This document shows positions 56,610-59,259 of a stretch of 59,259 nt of DNA, piece by piece. Origin of the DNA: a virus (Duplodnaviria; Caudoviricetes); the IMG/VR virus record IMGVR_UViG_3300048599_000301, positions 1 to 59,259 of that record. One strand, written 5' to 3'. Within the stretch, counting starts at the first letter, position 1, and the number at the start of each line of letters is the position of its first letter. Under the pieces are notes generated by a model that worked only from the letters and a program-made list of their open reading frames with translations, made no database searches and was not told where the DNA came from. Both the position numbers and the translations under genes were made by a program.

Positions 56610-57406
56610 TACTCGGACTCCTTCGGAAAAATGGAAAGCGCGGCCGTTGCCGCTGCTAACTGAAGATCATTCGGGTTGGTGATGCGCGACGCCCAATTCA
56701 GCACGTCGACACGCCACAAAGCCGTGAAGCCTTTGGGCGGGGGCGTCGCCTTAATGGTGGCGAAGGTCTCGCCGCCCATCGCCTCAGCTTCGTCGCGGAG
56801 CGCGGCGAAGTATTCACGGCCGGGTGACAGCTCGTAACGCGAGCCGGCCGCCACGTCACCAAGCCACACGTCGACGCCCAGCCGATTGGCGCGGCAGACG
56901 AGATGGGCGGCCGCGCGGATAAAGCGCGCATCGTGCTCCAAGAGGGTAAGTAGGTTGATGGCGGACACCTCGGACTCATCCAATTCACGCAACGCCGCAG
57001 AAACGGCCTTGCGTCGCGATCTGGGCGTCAAGTTTTTTCGCGGCTCTCCGTAGGGTGCCGGCGCGGCCACGATGTGCGCCAGCTCATGCGTAAACGTCGC
57101 TACAGCATGTCTGCGGAAGTGCCGCTCTTGCGCCGGTCTGAACCAACGCTCTAGTCGAGTTACTTCACGCATGGCTCGCAGATCCAGCGCGATGCACGCG
57201 CCACGCCCCCGCCATCCCGCGATGCGGTCCTGATAGGTCATGTCTAACAGGCGGTCGACCAGGCCAAAGCAGCCGGGCAGCCGCGTGTCGACCGCATAGA
57301 CCGGCATGCTCGCCCACTCGGGCACCAGGGCATGGGCGAAGGGCTCAAACCAGGCGAGCAAGTCGGGCACAGCGATCGGATCAAAGGGGTTGGCGAGGGT
57401 GGGCAT
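56609..57406 (-). CDS. HExxH zinc metallopeptidase-like protein (SprT-like pattern)
   Basis: TFTHELAHIV and downstream HDARF. Confidence 0.6.
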   Translation of the reverse strand: MPTLANPFDPIAVPDLLAWFEPFAHALVPEWASMPVYAVDTRLPGCFGLVDRLLDMTYQDRIAGWRGRGACIALDLRAMREVTRLERWFRPAQERHFRRHAVATFTHELAHIVAAPAPYGEPRKNLTPRSRRKAVSAALRELDESEVSAINLLTLLEHDARFIRAAAHLVCRANRLGVDVWLGDVAAGSRYELSPGREYFAALRDEAEAMGGETFATIKATPPPKGFTALWRVDVLNWASRITNPNDLQLAAATAALSIFPKESE

Positions 57407-57421
57407 CGTGGAGGCTCCTGG

Positions 57422-57712
57422 TCAGTCAAAGGCGAGGATGTCGGGAACGGCGTTGACGGTGTTCGCGCCCGCCGCGTCGACGTCAGGCTCGGCGTCCCCA
57501 CGCAACACAAGGTTGGTGATCCGGCGTCTGGCGACGTTGAAAGCTTCCTCGGTCACCATGGCGGGATTGCCGCTCGTGCAGGCCAGCCGGTCGGCTTCGT
57601 ACAGCAATGAGGTCAGTAGGTCGCTCCGGCCTTTACGGTTGGCCTCAAGGGCCTTCTCGGCGGTGACGGTGAGGTCGGGACAGACGGCGGTCAGTTCTTC
57701 CCATGTGGTCAT
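57422..57712 (-). CDS. Hypothetical protein
   Basis: AAGGAG RBS before MTTWEEL. Confidence 0.55.
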   Translation of the reverse strand: MTTWEELTAVCPDLTVTAEKALEANRKGRSDLLTSLLYEADRLACTSGNPAMVTEEAFNVARRRITNLVLRGDAEPDVDAAGANTVNAVPDILAFD

Positions 57713-57725
57713 TGATTGGACTCCT

Positions 57726-58493
57726 TTAGGTGGTAGTGGTTTGGGGCTTGTAGTTCCACGGCGTGACAGCCATGCTGCCGGGGGAGCACGAAAACGGAAC
57801 GAATCCGATCTCACTCGGATTGTGCGGCTTCTCGGTCCGCAGTTGGTCGCGCGCCGCCGCCTCGGCCTCGTCATACAGTCGCTTGGCTTCGTCGTCGGGC
57901 CCAGGTAGGTCGTCGGGCGGGGTGGGTTCAGGCTGCTGGGCCGCCATCAGGCCATCAAGGGTGACCGCATAGTAGACGCGGCCGTGAACGTCGGACGTGG
58001 CTTCGATCCAGCCGGCCACGATCGCCGGGACCGCAAAGTCCGCGACCCTCGCCAGTTGACGCCGGGCCCCTTTGGCGCGGTAGCCTTCCAGGCCGGCAAC
58101 CAGCAGCTCGGAGACCCACACGCCTGTAACTCCTCCCGCGTACTCCAGGACTGACAGCACGCTCGACCAGCCGTCGCTGTCGTCGGGCATGCGGGCTAGG
58201 GCCGTGGCCAGCCATCGGCCGCGGTGAGTGAGCCGGCAGTGGCTTCGGCGCGGTTGGCCGAACGCTTCAATCAGCCCCTGCTCGACCAAGCCGCTCAGGA
58301 ACCGCTCCGAGGTCTTCCGCTCGGCGTCAGCGCCGCCAGCGGTCCAGCGGACGCCCTTGTCGCGGAACTCTCGGCGATGTTCATAGATCACGGTCGGGGC
58401 GGTGGCCGTGGTCCAGTCCTCGGACCGGAGCGGATGCCAGAGGGCGCGTTCCGACGCCAACAGATGCACAAGGGTTTTTTCGGTGTGGTTCAT
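57726..58493 (-). CDS. Hypothetical protein with two winged-helix-like segments
   Basis: LVEQGLIE...CRLTHRG and IVAGWIE...YAVTLDG. Confidence 0.5.
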   Translation of the reverse strand: MNHTEKTLVHLLASERALWHPLRSEDWTTATAPTVIYEHRREFRDKGVRWTAGGADAERKTSERFLSGLVEQGLIEAFGQPRRSHCRLTHRGRWLATALARMPDDSDGWSSVLSVLEYAGGVTGVWVSELLVAGLEGYRAKGARRQLARVADFAVPAIVAGWIEATSDVHGRVYYAVTLDGLMAAQQPEPTPPDDLPGPDDEAKRLYDEAEAAARDQLRTEKPHNPSEIGFVPFSCSPGSMAVTPWNYKPQTTTT

Positions 58494-58571
58494 TATGTTA
58501 TGTCATGTCCTGATGTCACAAATGAGGTCAGTCCCATATCCGAGCTGGTCCGCCCGCACGACAAAAAGCGC

Positions 58572-59084
58572 CTACCCGGCGTAGGACCCCGAATAGGGGG
58601 TATACCCCTCTGCCTGGGTCCTAGCTTGGTTTGGCGTCTGCGACAGGCCGCCCGAGACCAGACCGGAAACGGGTAGTCCTTCCTTCCTGCCATGCCCCCT
58701 CGGGCTGGTGCTCGCCTCGCTAACTAACTGTGTCGCCAATTGCTGCGGTTCCGGGCAACCGAACGCGGTGATTCGTGCCGGGAGGACCCGACCACCCGTG
58801 CAGGTGGAGGCCGCGTCATCGGCTTCCCACCCGTCGGTCGGCGGCCTCCACTCGCCGCTGCCGGTCAGGCAGGTTCGTTGCAAGTGCCCTCGCGCCACTC
58901 GGTAGGCCTCACGGGTCCGCAGCCGGCCACTCGACAACGGGCCGACCATCATGGTCAATCGCCCAACGATCTGCATCCACGCCTCGGGCTCGCTGTGGTA
59001 GTAGGCGTGCCGGGCATCCTCGGCCAGTTGGATCAGGCCGCGCTCAATGCGGGCCATTGCGTGCCATGTCATTTGCTTGCTCAT
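58572..59084 (-). CDS. Hypothetical protein
   Basis: AAAGGA RBS before MSKQMTW; 3' end uncertain. Confidence 0.45.
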   Translation of the reverse strand: MSKQMTWHAMARIERGLIQLAEDARHAYYHSEPEAWMQIVGRLTMMVGPLSSGRLRTREAYRVARGHLQRTCLTGSGEWRPPTDGWEADDAASTCTGGRVLPARITAFGCPEPQQLATQLVSEASTSPRGHGRKEGLPVSGLVSGGLSQTPNQARTQAEGYTPYSGSYAG

Positions 59085-59165
59085 GAGAATCCTTTCTTCG
59101 TGGTTGTGACGGTGACCGCGAGCACCGGGACAATTCTTCTTGAGGTTTGCACCGGGACCCGCCGG

Positions 59166-59221
59166 ACCAGCAGTGGGACAGGACAGGGGCCTATATATAG
59201 GCCCCCTGTCCCACTGCTGGT
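59166..59221. repeat. Origin-like nested palindrome
   Basis: 17-bp perfect arms ACCAGCAGTGGGACAGG/CCTGTCCCACTGCTGGT around GGGGCCTATATATAGGCCCC. Confidence 0.8.
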
Positions 59222-59259
59222 GGTCACCGGTGGGACAGCCCTGTTCCACTGCTTTTGTC

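Larger units (their letters stand above)
48138..59259. mobile_element. Second phage-related element (satellite-like or remnant), truncated by the window end
   Basis: No housekeeping genes; TA pair, tail adhesin homologue, sRNA array shared with the prophage, origin-like palindrome; no capsid or integrase seen in the window. Confidence 0.65.

Overview
The window holds a complete ~48.0 kb temperate siphovirus-like prophage integrated in the anticodon loop of a tRNA-Gln(CTG) gene. It is bounded by an 83-bp direct repeat (85-167 and 48055-48137) and has a tyrosine integrase next to the right repeat. Modules: a lambda-like head (GpA-type terminase, portal, protease-capsid fusion), a non-contractile tail, an atypical lysis cassette with a papain-like peptidase, an early/replication region (three DNA methylases in total, RusA, CsrA, a LexA-like DNA-binding domain) and two moron islands. 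After attR a second, truncated, satellite-like element begins (RelE/ParE-type TA pair, membrane proteins, a homologue of the prophage tail adhesin, an origin-like palindrome). SHD1, CsrA and CxGGxCP proteins suggest a Planctomycetota host (inference). The main observation is a four-copy family of ~75-nt two-hairpin small RNAs with a constant scaffold and two variable loops: one copy in the prophage (2053-2125) and a three-copy array in the second element (51765-52112), two of them with clear promoters. In every copy, loop 2 is complementary to a Shine-Dalgarno-to-AUG segment and loop 1 to the first codons. The prophage copy and one array copy both match the start region of the prophage membrane-protein gene at 1131. 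All family assignments come from motif recognition by eye, not from database searches.
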